Source: Candidatus Latescibacterota bacterium
Lineage (GTDB): Bacteria; Latescibacterota; UBA2968
Length of the DNA: 64,000 nucleotides
NCBI GenBank assembly: GCA_965204375.1
Contig: OZ241986.1
Span: 2,560,001-2,624,000, forward strand
Direction: 5' to 3'
Position 1 is the first letter of the stretch. Each line of letters begins with the position of its first letter. The translations under genes were made by a program, and so were the position numbers. The notes under the pieces are model-generated. The model did not search any database, was not told the DNA's origin, and worked only from the letters and a program-made list of their open reading frames with translations. Positions 29,770-39,045 of this stretch are shown here, in pieces.

Positions 29770-31386
29770 CTACGGCACAATCTTAAACGCAATCTCTTGC
29801 TTCACATCGCGATCCGCCAACAAATCCGTCACTTTGACGCGGACTTCTTGACCGCCCGGCTCGGCGTCTTTCAAGTCCAATTCGACATACGCCATATCCT
29901 CTGTGGTATCACCCGATTGCTCATAAGAAATCACCACTTCCCGGCGCTTCTCTTGCAAGCGCAACATGCGGCCCAATCCGCGCAGCGCGCGAATCGGCGC
30001 AAGTCCTTTTTCCTGAGCGCGAAAAGAATAATCCACGCGATACCTCGTCCGTCCAAATTCATTGCGTTTCAAATTGTACACTTCAAAATAAACAAATGCA
30101 TTTTGATCTGGACGAAACGCCTTTGATGCCATTGGAATAATTTTAAATCCGCGTTTTTGAAACGGTCCTTGCTCTTCACTCGGACCAACAAAAAATGCAA
30201 GGGCAATATCGCTCATCAGAAGATCATCGCGCTGCGAAAAATCTGCTACGGCCAGTGATTGCTGATACACCTGCGATTTTCCCGACACTACATCGCGAAT
30301 CTGAAAAGAAAGATAGTGCAGCCCCGCTTCAACCTCAAACGCGAGCACGCCCGGAATAAACGCCCCATCCAACACTTGCTGGTCTGAAGGTGCCTGAAAT
30401 GTCAATTGATCCTGCAAGCGATAGACCTCTGTCCACAGGCTATCAAACATCGCAAGACCCCGGTCCAGCATCACCTGATCGGTTTTTTCATCAATGGGCA
30501 ACCGCGCCATTTCCTCTGCTGGCAATCCATAGTAGATTTCCAGCCGCGTCGCGCCATCTTCGCCGCGAAACCCAGCGGGAAAATAATAAAAATCAACGGG
30601 AAGCTCGGCAATATCTGCATCGTAAACTGAGGGCTGATGCGCTGCCACTTGCCGCAAAACCACCTCGCTCTGATACGCCAGCAAATCCGTTGTCAAAGAC
30701 AGACTCAAGCCCTCGGGCATCGGTGCAAAATCATACCTGTCCCCTTTGCCGCGACGCACAAAATCAAACTCTGTACCGCCCTCCAAATCCGCATACACCC
30801 AGTATTCCCACCACGACATCGTTGGCACGGGAAAAATGGGTTGTCCGGGCCTGATCCTCAGAGCAATGCGTCTGCGATTCACGTAATTTTGCCGCGCATC
30901 CTGTATCTCTCGATCCATCTCATTTTGAATATCGCCCGACTTGCTCGTGTGATCTGGCTTGCCAAACCGCACATAGACCTCACCCCGATCATCCCACGGA
31001 AACTCTCCCTGACCGTAATATTGGCGCGCATACGCCACACGCCGATAATGCTCAATGAGCCGCTCATTTGCCTTTGTCAACGGCGAGGGATCCAGGCGTC
31101 GCCAAAAGCGGTTGATCAACTCGGCGCGTTTTTCTGTATCCGCATCCCGGTAAATTTCCAGATCCTCGGGAAATGCCACCTGCGCCAAATCGCGATAGAG
31201 CGCTTGCTCCTCTTCTGACAAGTCTTTAATATACTCTTCAAACAGCGCCTGCGCCTTCGCATAATCCCGAACAGACTGCGCCTGAACCGCCTGTACCAAT
31301 AGCGGATCGTCAAAACCGCCCTCCTGCGCCCAAAGCGTTGTGCCCAACACACACACCGTCAGAAAACCCGTCAATATCGCATGCAT
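29770..31386 (-). CDS. GWxTD domain-containing exported protein
   Basis: Signal peptide; FWRRLDPSP..NERLIEHYRRVAYA...WDDRGEVYVRFGKPD; YFEVYNL. Confidence 0.85.
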   Translation of the reverse strand: MHAILTGFLTVCVLGTTLWAQEGGFDDPLLVQAVQAQSVRDYAKAQALFEEYIKDLSEEEQALYRDLAQVAFPEDLEIYRDADTEKRAELINRFWRRLDPSPLTKANERLIEHYRRVAYARQYYGQGEFPWDDRGEVYVRFGKPDHTSKSGDIQNEMDREIQDARQNYVNRRRIALRIRPGQPIFPVPTMSWWEYWVYADLEGGTEFDFVRRGKGDRYDFAPMPEGLSLSLTTDLLAYQSEVVLRQVAAHQPSVYDADIAELPVDFYYFPAGFRGEDGATRLEIYYGLPAEEMARLPIDEKTDQVMLDRGLAMFDSLWTEVYRLQDQLTFQAPSDQQVLDGAFIPGVLAFEVEAGLHYLSFQIRDVVSGKSQVYQQSLAVADFSQRDDLLMSDIALAFFVGPSEEQGPFQKRGFKIIPMASKAFRPDQNAFVYFEVYNLKRNEFGRTRYRVDYSFRAQEKGLAPIRALRGLGRMLRLQEKRREVVISYEQSGDTTEDMAYVELDLKDAEPGGQEVRVKVTDLLADRDVKQEIAFKIVP

Positions 31387-31474
31387 AACAACCACCTTGT
31401 GAAATGTAGGTATGCCGTATAAATCAAATCTACCCGATAATCCCCCAACCCGCAAAGAAAATTTCCCTCATTTA

Positions 31475-31503
31475 TTGACAAGCACCACACCTGCATGTAT
31501 CTT
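31475..31503 (+). promoter_or_regulatory. sigma-70 promoter of fbaB
   Basis: TTGACA-17 bp-TATCTT. Confidence 0.6.
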
Positions 31504-31556
31504 TTTCATCTATTTTTTAAAGCTGGCCCAATTTAATTTCTCAGAAGGAGTTCTCC

Positions 31557-32630
31557 ATGGCAGTTGCTGTTCAAAGTGGCATTGACAAAATCGCAGACTA
31601 CCTCGGCAATGACGCTGACGACTTACTCGATTACGAAGCACTGGTGAACAAAAACTTTCTCACACTGCCCGGTCCCGACTTTATCGACCGGGTCTTTGCA
31701 GACTCCGACCGACCTATTCCCGTACTCAACAACCTGCAACGCCTCTACAGTGCGGGGCGGCTCTCAGGCACCGGGTACATTTCCATTCTCCCCATTGATC
31801 AGGGCATCGAACACTCTGGCGGCGCATCCTTTGCCCCCAACCCCATCTACTTTGACCCCGAAAACATCGTCAAACTCGCCATTGAAGGGGGTTGTAATGC
31901 CGTGGCAACCACACTGGGCGTACTCGGGATGGTCGCCCGCCAATACGCCCATAAAATCCCCTTTATCCTCAAATTTAACCACAACCAATTGCTCACGTAC
32001 CCATCCCAATACGACCAGGTCATATTTGGACAAGTCGAACAAGCCTGGGAAATGGGGTGTGCAGGTGTGGGCGCCACAATTTATTTTGGCTCGCCCGAAT
32101 CCAACCGACAAATTGTCGAAATCAGCGAAGCATTTGCCCTCGCACACGAACTGGGGCTATTTACCGTACTCTGGTGCTATTTGCGCAACTCGGCATTTGC
32201 GACCGACGACATCGACTATCACGAAGCCGCGGACCTCACGGGACAGGCCAACCACCTCGGTGTCACCATTGGCGCAGACATCATCAAACAAAAATTGCCG
32301 ACCAACAACAACGGTTACACAGCCCTGAATTTTGGACGCACCCACGACAAAGTCTATACCGAACTCACATCTGATCACCCCATTGACCTGTGCCGCTATC
32401 AGGTCGTCAATTGTTACATGGGCAAAGCTGGCCTCATCAATTCCGGGGGCGCATCCTCAGGCGCCAGTGATTACGCCGAGGCTGTGCGAACCGCTGTGAT
32501 CAACAAACGCGCCGGAGGCACCGGCCTCATCTCTGGGCGCAAAGCATTTCAACGTCCCATGCACGAAGGCATCCAACTCCTCAACGACATACAAGACGTC
32601 TATCTCTGCTCCGATGTAACCATCGCCTGA
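31557..32630 (+). CDS. fbaB: class I fructose-bisphosphate aldolase (DhnA type)
   Basis: [40 protein letters not shown]. Confidence 0.95.
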   Translation: MAVAVQSGIDKIADYLGNDADDLLDYEALVNKNFLTLPGPDFIDRVFADSDRPIPVLNNLQRLYSAGRLSGTGYISILPIDQGIEHSGGASFAPNPIYFDPENIVKLAIEGGCNAVATTLGVLGMVARQYAHKIPFILKFNHNQLLTYPSQYDQVIFGQVEQAWEMGCAGVGATIYFGSPESNRQIVEISEAFALAHELGLFTVLWCYLRNSAFATDDIDYHEAADLTGQANHLGVTIGADIIKQKLPTNNNGYTALNFGRTHDKVYTELTSDHPIDLCRYQVVNCYMGKAGLINSGGASSGASDYAEAVRTAVINKRAGGTGLISGRKAFQRPMHEGIQLLNDIQDVYLCSDVTIA

Positions 32631-32637
32631 TTCACAC

Positions 32638-32680
32638 AAAAAAAAGCGGAGCTTTCGATCTGTCGAAGGCTCCGTCTTTT
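32638..32680. terminator. bidirectional intrinsic terminator
   Basis: A-run, CGGAGCTTTCGA-tctg-TCGAAGGCTCCG, then T-run. Confidence 0.8.
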
Positions 32681-32699
32681 GTTTTATCTTCTCGGATTC

Positions 32700-33137
32700 T
32701 CATTCAACCAACTTCTCACCGTCGAAAATCATTTTGTCCTTTTCGTAAATAGCACCCGTTTCTTCATCCAACTCGTACTTCATCAACTGCCCCATAGACA
32801 TGTGATTAAACACCTCTTTGGGATCGCCGTATTTTTCCAGCAACTTTTCAATTGGACCTTCAAACTCATAAGTTCGACGCTTGGGCCGTTCGCGCGCTCT
32901 GCGCTCGGATTCTTCCTTGCTCAAAATAGGCAACCGCTCGGCGGTGGGTCCCAATCGACTCGCGTATTCCTGCCGCCTACGGTACTGATCGTGTCGTTTT
33001 TCAACCTCGTCCTTGTCCTCTTCTCGCTCCTTGTGACTGAGCAAATCTCCTTCCCGCTCTGACCACTTTTCCCGCTCGCGCTCGCGCACATCATCGCGGC
33101 CCACTTTTCGCATAATATCTCGCAGTGAATCACTCAT
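32700..33137 (-). CDS. hypothetical highly charged protein
   Basis: 145-aa ORF, GGAGG RBS, upstream TTGACA-17-TATTTT, shares the terminator. Confidence 0.7.
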   Translation of the reverse strand: MSDSLRDIMRKVGRDDVREREREKWSEREGDLLSHKEREEDKDEVEKRHDQYRRRQEYASRLGPTAERLPILSKEESERRARERPKRRTYEFEGPIEKLLEKYGDPKEVFNHMSMGQLMKYELDEETGAIYEKDKMIFDGEKLVE

Positions 33138-33306
33138 CTCTCAAACCCTCCAAAGCCAGATAAATTCAGGACTACCGGATAACCCAAAAATAACGCACCA
33201 CATCCCGCTTGTCAAAAGGTAATTCCCACTTTTAAAAACATCGGGGTTGACGCAGACCCTCTTTGCGTACATATTGCAGTCATACATACCATGCGAAAGG
33301 AAATAC

Positions 33307-34092
33307 ATGTCCAATTATGAACGACTCATCGACATCATGGCGCGTTTGAGGGGACCTTCGGGCTGCCCGTGGGACAAAGAGCAAACGCACCAAAGTCTGA
33401 AACCCTACCTCATCGAAGAAGCCTATGAACTCCTCGATGCGATTGACCGCAATGACGATAGCGAAATCAAAGAAGAACTGGGCGACCTCTTGTTGCAAGT
33501 CGTCTTTCACGCGCAAATTGCCAGTGAAGAAAACCGATTTACCATAGACGATGTGGCCGAAGCCATCGCCGACAAACTCATCCGCCGCCATCCGCACGTT
33601 TTTGGCGACACACAAGCCGATACACCCGATGAAGTCATCAAAAATTGGGAAGCCATCAAAGCCGAAGAAAAACCCGACAAAAAAATCTCCCTACTCGACG
33701 GCGTACCGCAACATCTACCGGCATTATTGAAGGCGCGCAGACTTCAGGAAAAAGCTGCACGAGTGGGATTTGAATGGGAACACATTGCGGATGTGGCACA
33801 AAAAGTGCGGGAAGAAACAGAAGAATTAATGCGCGCACGAGAAACCGGCGCAACAGAAAAGATTCAAGAAGAATTTGGAGACTTGCTATTTGCCCTGGTC
33901 AATCTCGCTCGATTTCTCCAAATATGCCCCGAAGAAGCACTCATACAAACCAACAGAAAATTTCAATCGCGCTTTCAGTACATCGAAACCGAACTGTGCA
34001 AGCAGGGCAAAACACCCCATGAATCTACGCTTGAGGAAATGGACGCGCTTTGGGAAGCCGCGAAAAAAGAGAATCAGCCCCAAAAATCATAG
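33307..34092 (+). CDS. mazG: nucleoside triphosphate pyrophosphohydrolase
   Basis: GCPWDKEQTHQSL..IEEAYE, EELGDLLLQVVFH, RRHPHVF, EEFGDLLF. Confidence 0.96.
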   Translation: MSNYERLIDIMARLRGPSGCPWDKEQTHQSLKPYLIEEAYELLDAIDRNDDSEIKEELGDLLLQVVFHAQIASEENRFTIDDVAEAIADKLIRRHPHVFGDTQADTPDEVIKNWEAIKAEEKPDKKISLLDGVPQHLPALLKARRLQEKAARVGFEWEHIADVAQKVREETEELMRARETGATEKIQEEFGDLLFALVNLARFLQICPEEALIQTNRKFQSRFQYIETELCKQGKTPHESTLEEMDALWEAAKKENQPQKS

Positions 34093-34586
34093 TGCGCGGA
34101 CAATTCCAAAACGGGAATAGGAGCAGATTCCCAATCGTCAATCCAGCAAATAATGCTATCACAGGCCATATAATCGAGATTTTCGCGCTCGAAATCACTG
34201 CTGCGCAACACGACGTGCGCTCGAACCGGCAATTCATTACTCGACAGAATATAATTGGGAAAGGCCTCCTGGGATTTGAGCACCTCAAATCCCAATTTCT
34301 CATAAATTCGAATAAACAACTCGCGAACATTGGTCGCATTTCGCACAGCGGGATACGTCAAAATTGGTTCTCGATTGACAGGAGCCAATTGTTTTTCAAT
34401 GACATCAAGCGTGCTCTGGGGAACCGTAATTGATTTCGCATTTTTGCGCTCCAATTCAGCTTCGACCCGCTTGAGAGCCAACTCGGCTACCTCTTTGGAG
34501 TCGCTAATCGATTTGCGCACGCGCTTGCCATCTTCATCGTAGTACCCGATCCACCATTTCTTTCCCCGCTGATAAAGCCACGCCAT
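34074..34586 (-). CDS. hypothetical: integrase arm-binding-like N-terminus fused to a degenerate PD-(D/E)xK-like domain
   Basis: MAWLYQRGKKWWIGYYDEDGKRVRKS..KEVAE; C-terminal LGFE..FPN..SSDF..CDSIICWIDDW..VLEL; GGAG RBS. Confidence 0.65.
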   Translation of the reverse strand: MAWLYQRGKKWWIGYYDEDGKRVRKSISDSKEVAELALKRVEAELERKNAKSITVPQSTLDVIEKQLAPVNREPILTYPAVRNATNVRELFIRIYEKLGFEVLKSQEAFPNYILSSNELPVRAHVVLRSSDFERENLDYMACDSIICWIDDWESAPIPVLELSAHYDFWG

Positions 34587-34663
34587 AGTTGTGCTCCCGC
34601 TGCAAAACGTCAGTGTGTCTTACAGATAGCCACAAAAAATAAAAAAAACAATTACCTACTGAT

Positions 34664-34692
34664 ATTATACAATATACTGTGTATTTCTGCAA
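34664..34692 (-). promoter_or_regulatory. sigma-70 promoter of the 34586 gene
   Basis: TTGCAG-17 bp-TATAAT on the minus strand. Confidence 0.6.
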
Positions 34693-34815
34693 AAACAAAT
34701 CGCAATATATAGAGCAAAAAGAAAAAAATGTGGCTATTAGCCACAAATTGTCCATCAAATAATAATCTAAGCCACACTTTCAAGCAATAAAAAAGGCGGG
34801 CGTTTCAAGCCTGCC

Positions 34816-36219
34816 CATACGCATCAAGCTAAGTAAATGTCAAGGCCTCCAATTTCTGACAAGTATTGGGGGCTTTTCTTCTGGTATTGATCCGACATCC
34901 GTTCTCCAAACAGCGTTTTATGATGCGCAAGGCGTGCGCGGTCTGACTGAGCGAAGGGAGGGCACAGGCAACCAGCACAGCAAACGTTCTGACCGTCTGA
35001 GCAGCTTTAACCATTGATCGGTTGGGATATTTCCACAATGCGGTCAAAATAACCCAATGTTGGATGAGGATCCCAATAAGTTTGGCATACAATTCCGTCA
35101 GCACACGCCAGGGTTTTTGACTTTTGGATTTATCGACACGTCCCTGAGACTTCCACAGCTTGAAGAGTAGTTCAATCTGCCACCTAACACTGGCTAAAAC
35201 CTGTGCTTCCGCCAGCGAGATCAACTCGGGTGGTGCATTGGTGATTAAGAGGGTCCAATCACAAAGTGATAGTCGTATTTTTGAAAGCTGTGTTTTGTTC
35301 TTTCGCGCCTGCTCTTTAAGTTTGAAACGACGATGGCGAGCAACGCGTGATGCGACTGGCACAGCGATCAGCCGGGCAGGAAGGCGATGTTGGTCACCGA
35401 CTAAGACATTGCACTGAATCTGTCTATGGGGTTGGCTTTTCAAGAACTTGAGCACATCTAAAGGATCGCCAGTCCTATCCAACACCTTGACTTGTCCGTG
35501 CAAACGCGTCAGATAAAAACCACCCCCATCATCAATCCGACGCAAATCAGAAAGATTAAAATAGCCCAGGTCTGCCAAGCGTAATGCGCCTTTTTCAACC
35601 GGCAAAGCCTGCACACGGCTGGAACAGTCATGCGCTTTTGCCGGATAGATGAAAGGGCCTTCGAGTAAGCCTGATAGGTAATCTATACGCACTTGCAACT
35701 TCACCCCTGCCGCTTTACTGCCACCAGCAAAGAGATGATGCAAGGCATCGGGTAAAAAAATCGTCGTGCTATCTTGAATATAAACAGCACGAAAACGTCG
35801 CAATACGGGTAATCTCGTCTTGTCTCCACGGATCAGATGACTCACGCAGGCTTCCAATACTTGATACAGAAACGCGGCCGATTGTGGGCTGAATCGTTGA
35901 TCTAATCCTTGGGCTGAGATCCCAACACCCAAACTCGTGCATAACTGAGAAAGACGCTCTAAACTCGAATCGGGATCAGATAACCAGCCAAATACCAGCG
36001 ATTGCACAAACGCTGATCCGGTCAACTTCGACCGACGTTGGGTAAAGCCTGTCTTGTGTGCTACTTGATCCGCAGTCTGTGTTAAAACTGTTTGGAGACA
36101 TTGGGCAATTTGAGGTATCTTACACATTGAGGCAGTTCCTTGAGTATGTTTACTGTCTTGGACTACAGTAAGATACCTCGGGATCTGCCTCTTCTTCAAC
36201 CCTTAACTTGATGCGTATG
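34816..36219 (-). mobile_element. IS4-family insertion sequence, 1404 bp
   Basis: 18-bp terminal IRs CATACGCATCAAG(C/T)TAAG (34816-34833, 36202-36219); 20-bp flanking direct repeats (34796-34815, 36220-36239). Confidence 0.93.
34829..36127 (-). CDS. IS4 family DDE transposase
   Basis: IQDST, LADLGYF, RWQIELLFKLWKS; AGGA RBS before ATG 36127; stop lies inside the IR. Confidence 0.93.
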   Translation of the reverse strand: MCKIPQIAQCLQTVLTQTADQVAHKTGFTQRRSKLTGSAFVQSLVFGWLSDPDSSLERLSQLCTSLGVGISAQGLDQRFSPQSAAFLYQVLEACVSHLIRGDKTRLPVLRRFRAVYIQDSTTIFLPDALHHLFAGGSKAAGVKLQVRIDYLSGLLEGPFIYPAKAHDCSSRVQALPVEKGALRLADLGYFNLSDLRRIDDGGGFYLTRLHGQVKVLDRTGDPLDVLKFLKSQPHRQIQCNVLVGDQHRLPARLIAVPVASRVARHRRFKLKEQARKNKTQLSKIRLSLCDWTLLITNAPPELISLAEAQVLASVRWQIELLFKLWKSQGRVDKSKSQKPWRVLTELYAKLIGILIQHWVILTALWKYPNRSMVKAAQTVRTFAVLVACALPSLSQTAHALRIIKRCLENGCRINTRRKAPNTCQKLEALTFT

Positions 36220-36248
36220 GCGGGCGTTTCAAGCCTGCCTTATTACTG

Positions 36249-36390
36249 AACATCCCTGTTGTTGATCTGGATGATAATCAACTCGATACAGAATTTGGCT
36301 ATAAATGACGTGTTTCTGATTGCTGATTCCAGCCCACTCATTGCATTGGCGGGCGTGAACCGACTTAACCTATTGCCCAGATTGTATTAA
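36249..36390 (+). pseudogene. relic of a UPF0175 antitoxin 3' end and a DUF3368/PIN toxin 5' end
   Basis: NIPVVDLDDNQLDTEFGYK* then VFLIADSSPLIALAGVNRLNLLPRLY* (36310-36390). Confidence 0.6.
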
Positions 36391-36540
36391 TGAAAAAGGA
36401 ACGATAAAGGATATTGGCAAAGTGATCTATCACTCCAGAGGTGACTGGCGCACGCCAGGGGGCATTGCGTCAACGCCCGCGTCAAGATAGTTTTTCATCT
36501 CCTCAAGGCTTGCAGATCTGAAATATCCTTCCTGATACCA

Positions 36541-38031
36541 TCACCTGCTATTCAACGCGGTTTGATGCCACTCCTCTACGTTCATGGTCACACGATCACG
36601 TTTTCCCCACCAATAGCAATCTGCAACACACATAGAAATATCCAGAGTCTCATCGTCGATAAATCCGTGAATTTTCAACGTGTGAAACGCCTTCGAAGAC
36701 ACCGGCGCGGTATATACGGGCACCCAGAAGTCGTCGGTCCGCCCGCGAACGTATGTGGTTTGCTCACAATTGTAAACATTGGCGTGATCTTCATAGGTTA
36801 TCACTGCGACCATAAATCTGGAAGACTCGAAGCGCTGGACATCAAGGCTGGATGTAGTGTCCCATTGGGTAAAAGGCTCAATGCGTGCTATCCGGGAGAG
36901 CAGTGAGGAAAAGGTATCTATGTCCGGGTTGATGAAACGGGGTATTTCACGAACGACTTCATCCAACGTGGTAGAATATGCGTCTCTGACAGCACGGCCA
37001 ACGCACTGACACGGCAGGAAGTGACCACCCCACTCCCACGATGATTCGTCCTCCGAACAAAGAAACGTCGGCACGCTTCCCTCAAGCCAGGCGACGGTTT
37101 TCTGAATTATTCGCTTATTGGAATCGAAGTAAACAACTGAGGTAGTTCCAGGGTCGGTAGCACCGCCGTCCCAAGAGTGCATGACAATCTTCAACAAGCC
37201 GGTTTCGGGATCGAGACACGCACCCTCTATGTGATTCGAATGCAAGCCTCCATATAAGGCATCGATAAGGGCCCCATCATGGTAGAACTCAAGTCGCTGA
37301 CTTCCATCGGTAAAGATGCTACGCGGACTGCGCGTATTCTTGTAAAGGTCAATGTTAAAATGTCCATACTCTGAAGGCACCGCCCTGATCTTGATCCGAT
37401 CTGCTTTCAGGCTTTGGAAGAATGGTCCGGTAACAGTGAATTCGGAGTATCGGACAGGCGGCCCCCAGTCCACCGAGATGTCACTCACACCGATTGGCTG
37501 CGGGACCGCACGCGTCTCACGTGGTTTCGGACACAACTGTTCGACCGAATTGTATGCGGTCGTAAAGCCACGCAGGGAAAAGACGCCAGCCGAGGTGCTA
37601 TCAGAGTCGTTCCAGAGGACCATCTCGCCCTTCGTGGCTTCGCCCGCTATCATTTGGTTCACCACTCTTGTATGATCATAGTTTATCGAGGCCAGAGAAG
37701 TCACCCAGAAAGCCGGCGCCGAGTCGATCATTACGTGATAGCCATTGTCGGAAAAATCTGGCGTTACTCGGATCATGTCAGAAGACCGGCTGAGTGAACG
37801 GCTGGTCACCTGGAGGCGCACGTCACCGAGTCCGTTTTCCACCTCTCGCGGTGAGACCAACTTCGTCTCGGCGTAGCAGACGCGTAAATCGCCATCCTGA
37901 AGACGGTGGACGGACCAATCGTCGTAGATGCCCAACTGCTCTCGCGATTCCTGAGCGGTCAGTGGCGACACTACAACAGCCACTAAAAGGGCAAGCGTAG
38001 TGAGTGAAGCGGTAGTAAAGGGACCAAACAT
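36541..38031 (-). CDS. exported hypothetical protein with an IalB-like N-terminal domain
   Basis: Signal peptide (SPLTA-Q); YDDWSV..CYA...FSLRGFTTAY..C; GGAGG RBS. Confidence 0.7.
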   Translation of the reverse strand: MFGPFTTASLTTLALLVAVVVSPLTAQESREQLGIYDDWSVHRLQDGDLRVCYAETKLVSPREVENGLGDVRLQVTSRSLSRSSDMIRVTPDFSDNGYHVMIDSAPAFWVTSLASINYDHTRVVNQMIAGEATKGEMVLWNDSDSTSAGVFSLRGFTTAYNSVEQLCPKPRETRAVPQPIGVSDISVDWGPPVRYSEFTVTGPFFQSLKADRIKIRAVPSEYGHFNIDLYKNTRSPRSIFTDGSQRLEFYHDGALIDALYGGLHSNHIEGACLDPETGLLKIVMHSWDGGATDPGTTSVVYFDSNKRIIQKTVAWLEGSVPTFLCSEDESSWEWGGHFLPCQCVGRAVRDAYSTTLDEVVREIPRFINPDIDTFSSLLSRIARIEPFTQWDTTSSLDVQRFESSRFMVAVITYEDHANVYNCEQTTYVRGRTDDFWVPVYTAPVSSKAFHTLKIHGFIDDETLDISMCVADCYWWGKRDRVTMNVEEWHQTALNSR

Positions 38032-38103
38032 GCCTACCTCCAAAGGTTGGGACAACACCCGAGACGATCCGCCCCCCCGGATCTACGATCTCCCTTGCAC
38101 AAC

Positions 38104-38664
38104 CTATCGGATCTCCCGGTATGAACCGTAAACCCTGAGAGACCCTCTACCATCTTTGGCTACGACTTTTCCGAGGACACTTATGCAGGATCCATGATTG
38201 ACAACTCTGCCTACTATATCGAATCCGTTTTTGTTCACATTCTGCACTCCATTATAACTGGATCTGGAACTAATGGATGTTGCCTTTACCTTTATTGAAT
38301 TGACATCTATTTCCCATCCTTCGTCGGCACGGACCTCCCATCGGACATTCTTTGGACCTGCACAATGGTCATTGCGCTCATAATATGCAAGTTTCCTTTC
38401 TCTGGTTTGAGGTGCGATAACTTCCGGCGTGACGGGTTCTTCCGGCTCAGCACCTTGAGATCCGTCTTCCCCAAATTTAAAAATTTGAATACCTAATACG
38501 AAGATGACATACACACAGGTGATAGCTGTAACTCCTGCCAGGTACCTCCAAATTTTTTTAAGCCAATCAATCTTATCTTGCAGATTATGACATATACCAG
38601 CAAGGACTCCCAAAACAACGATTATACCCACCATTATGTCTATGTTCTCTATATTTTCCGTCAT
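38104..38664 (-). CDS. hypothetical membrane protein (2 TM, P/E linker, small Cys-paired beta domain)
   Basis: Two hydrophobic segments, EPEEPVTPE linker; start uncertain. Confidence 0.65.
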   Translation of the reverse strand: MTENIENIDIMVGIIVVLGVLAGICHNLQDKIDWLKKIWRYLAGVTAITCVYVIFVLGIQIFKFGEDGSQGAEPEEPVTPEVIAPQTRERKLAYYERNDHCAGPKNVRWEVRADEGWEIDVNSIKVKATSISSRSSYNGVQNVNKNGFDIVGRVVNHGSCISVLGKVVAKDGRGSLRVYGSYREIR

Positions 38665-39045
38665 AGTAGAGTTCCCCCGTTTTGGATGCTGTTGCCGAAT
38701 TCCGAATATGTCTCGATGCACTAAACATAGGGCTTACAGAGCCTGTATTCAGGCCACAAATATCCGTTTTTCCAACCGCAGATTCCCTCTCGAATAATTC
38801 GGTAACAGCATCGTTTTGGTAGAGTGTTTAAGATTTGGGTTTCAAGCCTGTGATTGATGCAGCTTGCCGTATAGAATCTCTTGGATTAAGACATTCCAGG
38901 GCAGGCTATTACGGCACATGAGGACATCGGCGCGTGGTAGGCGATTGAAGAATGCCTACGATGCGGATTATACCACCCTTCAATAAAACCTGAAAAACAC
39001 CACCCCCTTCCCTATAAAATGGACAAAAAGGTGAAGCCCAAAGGA

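Noticed and set aside
38665-39045. DGR template repeat next to the FGE-domain gene
   Set aside because: No AAC-rich copy of the variable region found here or noticed elsewhere in the window by eye
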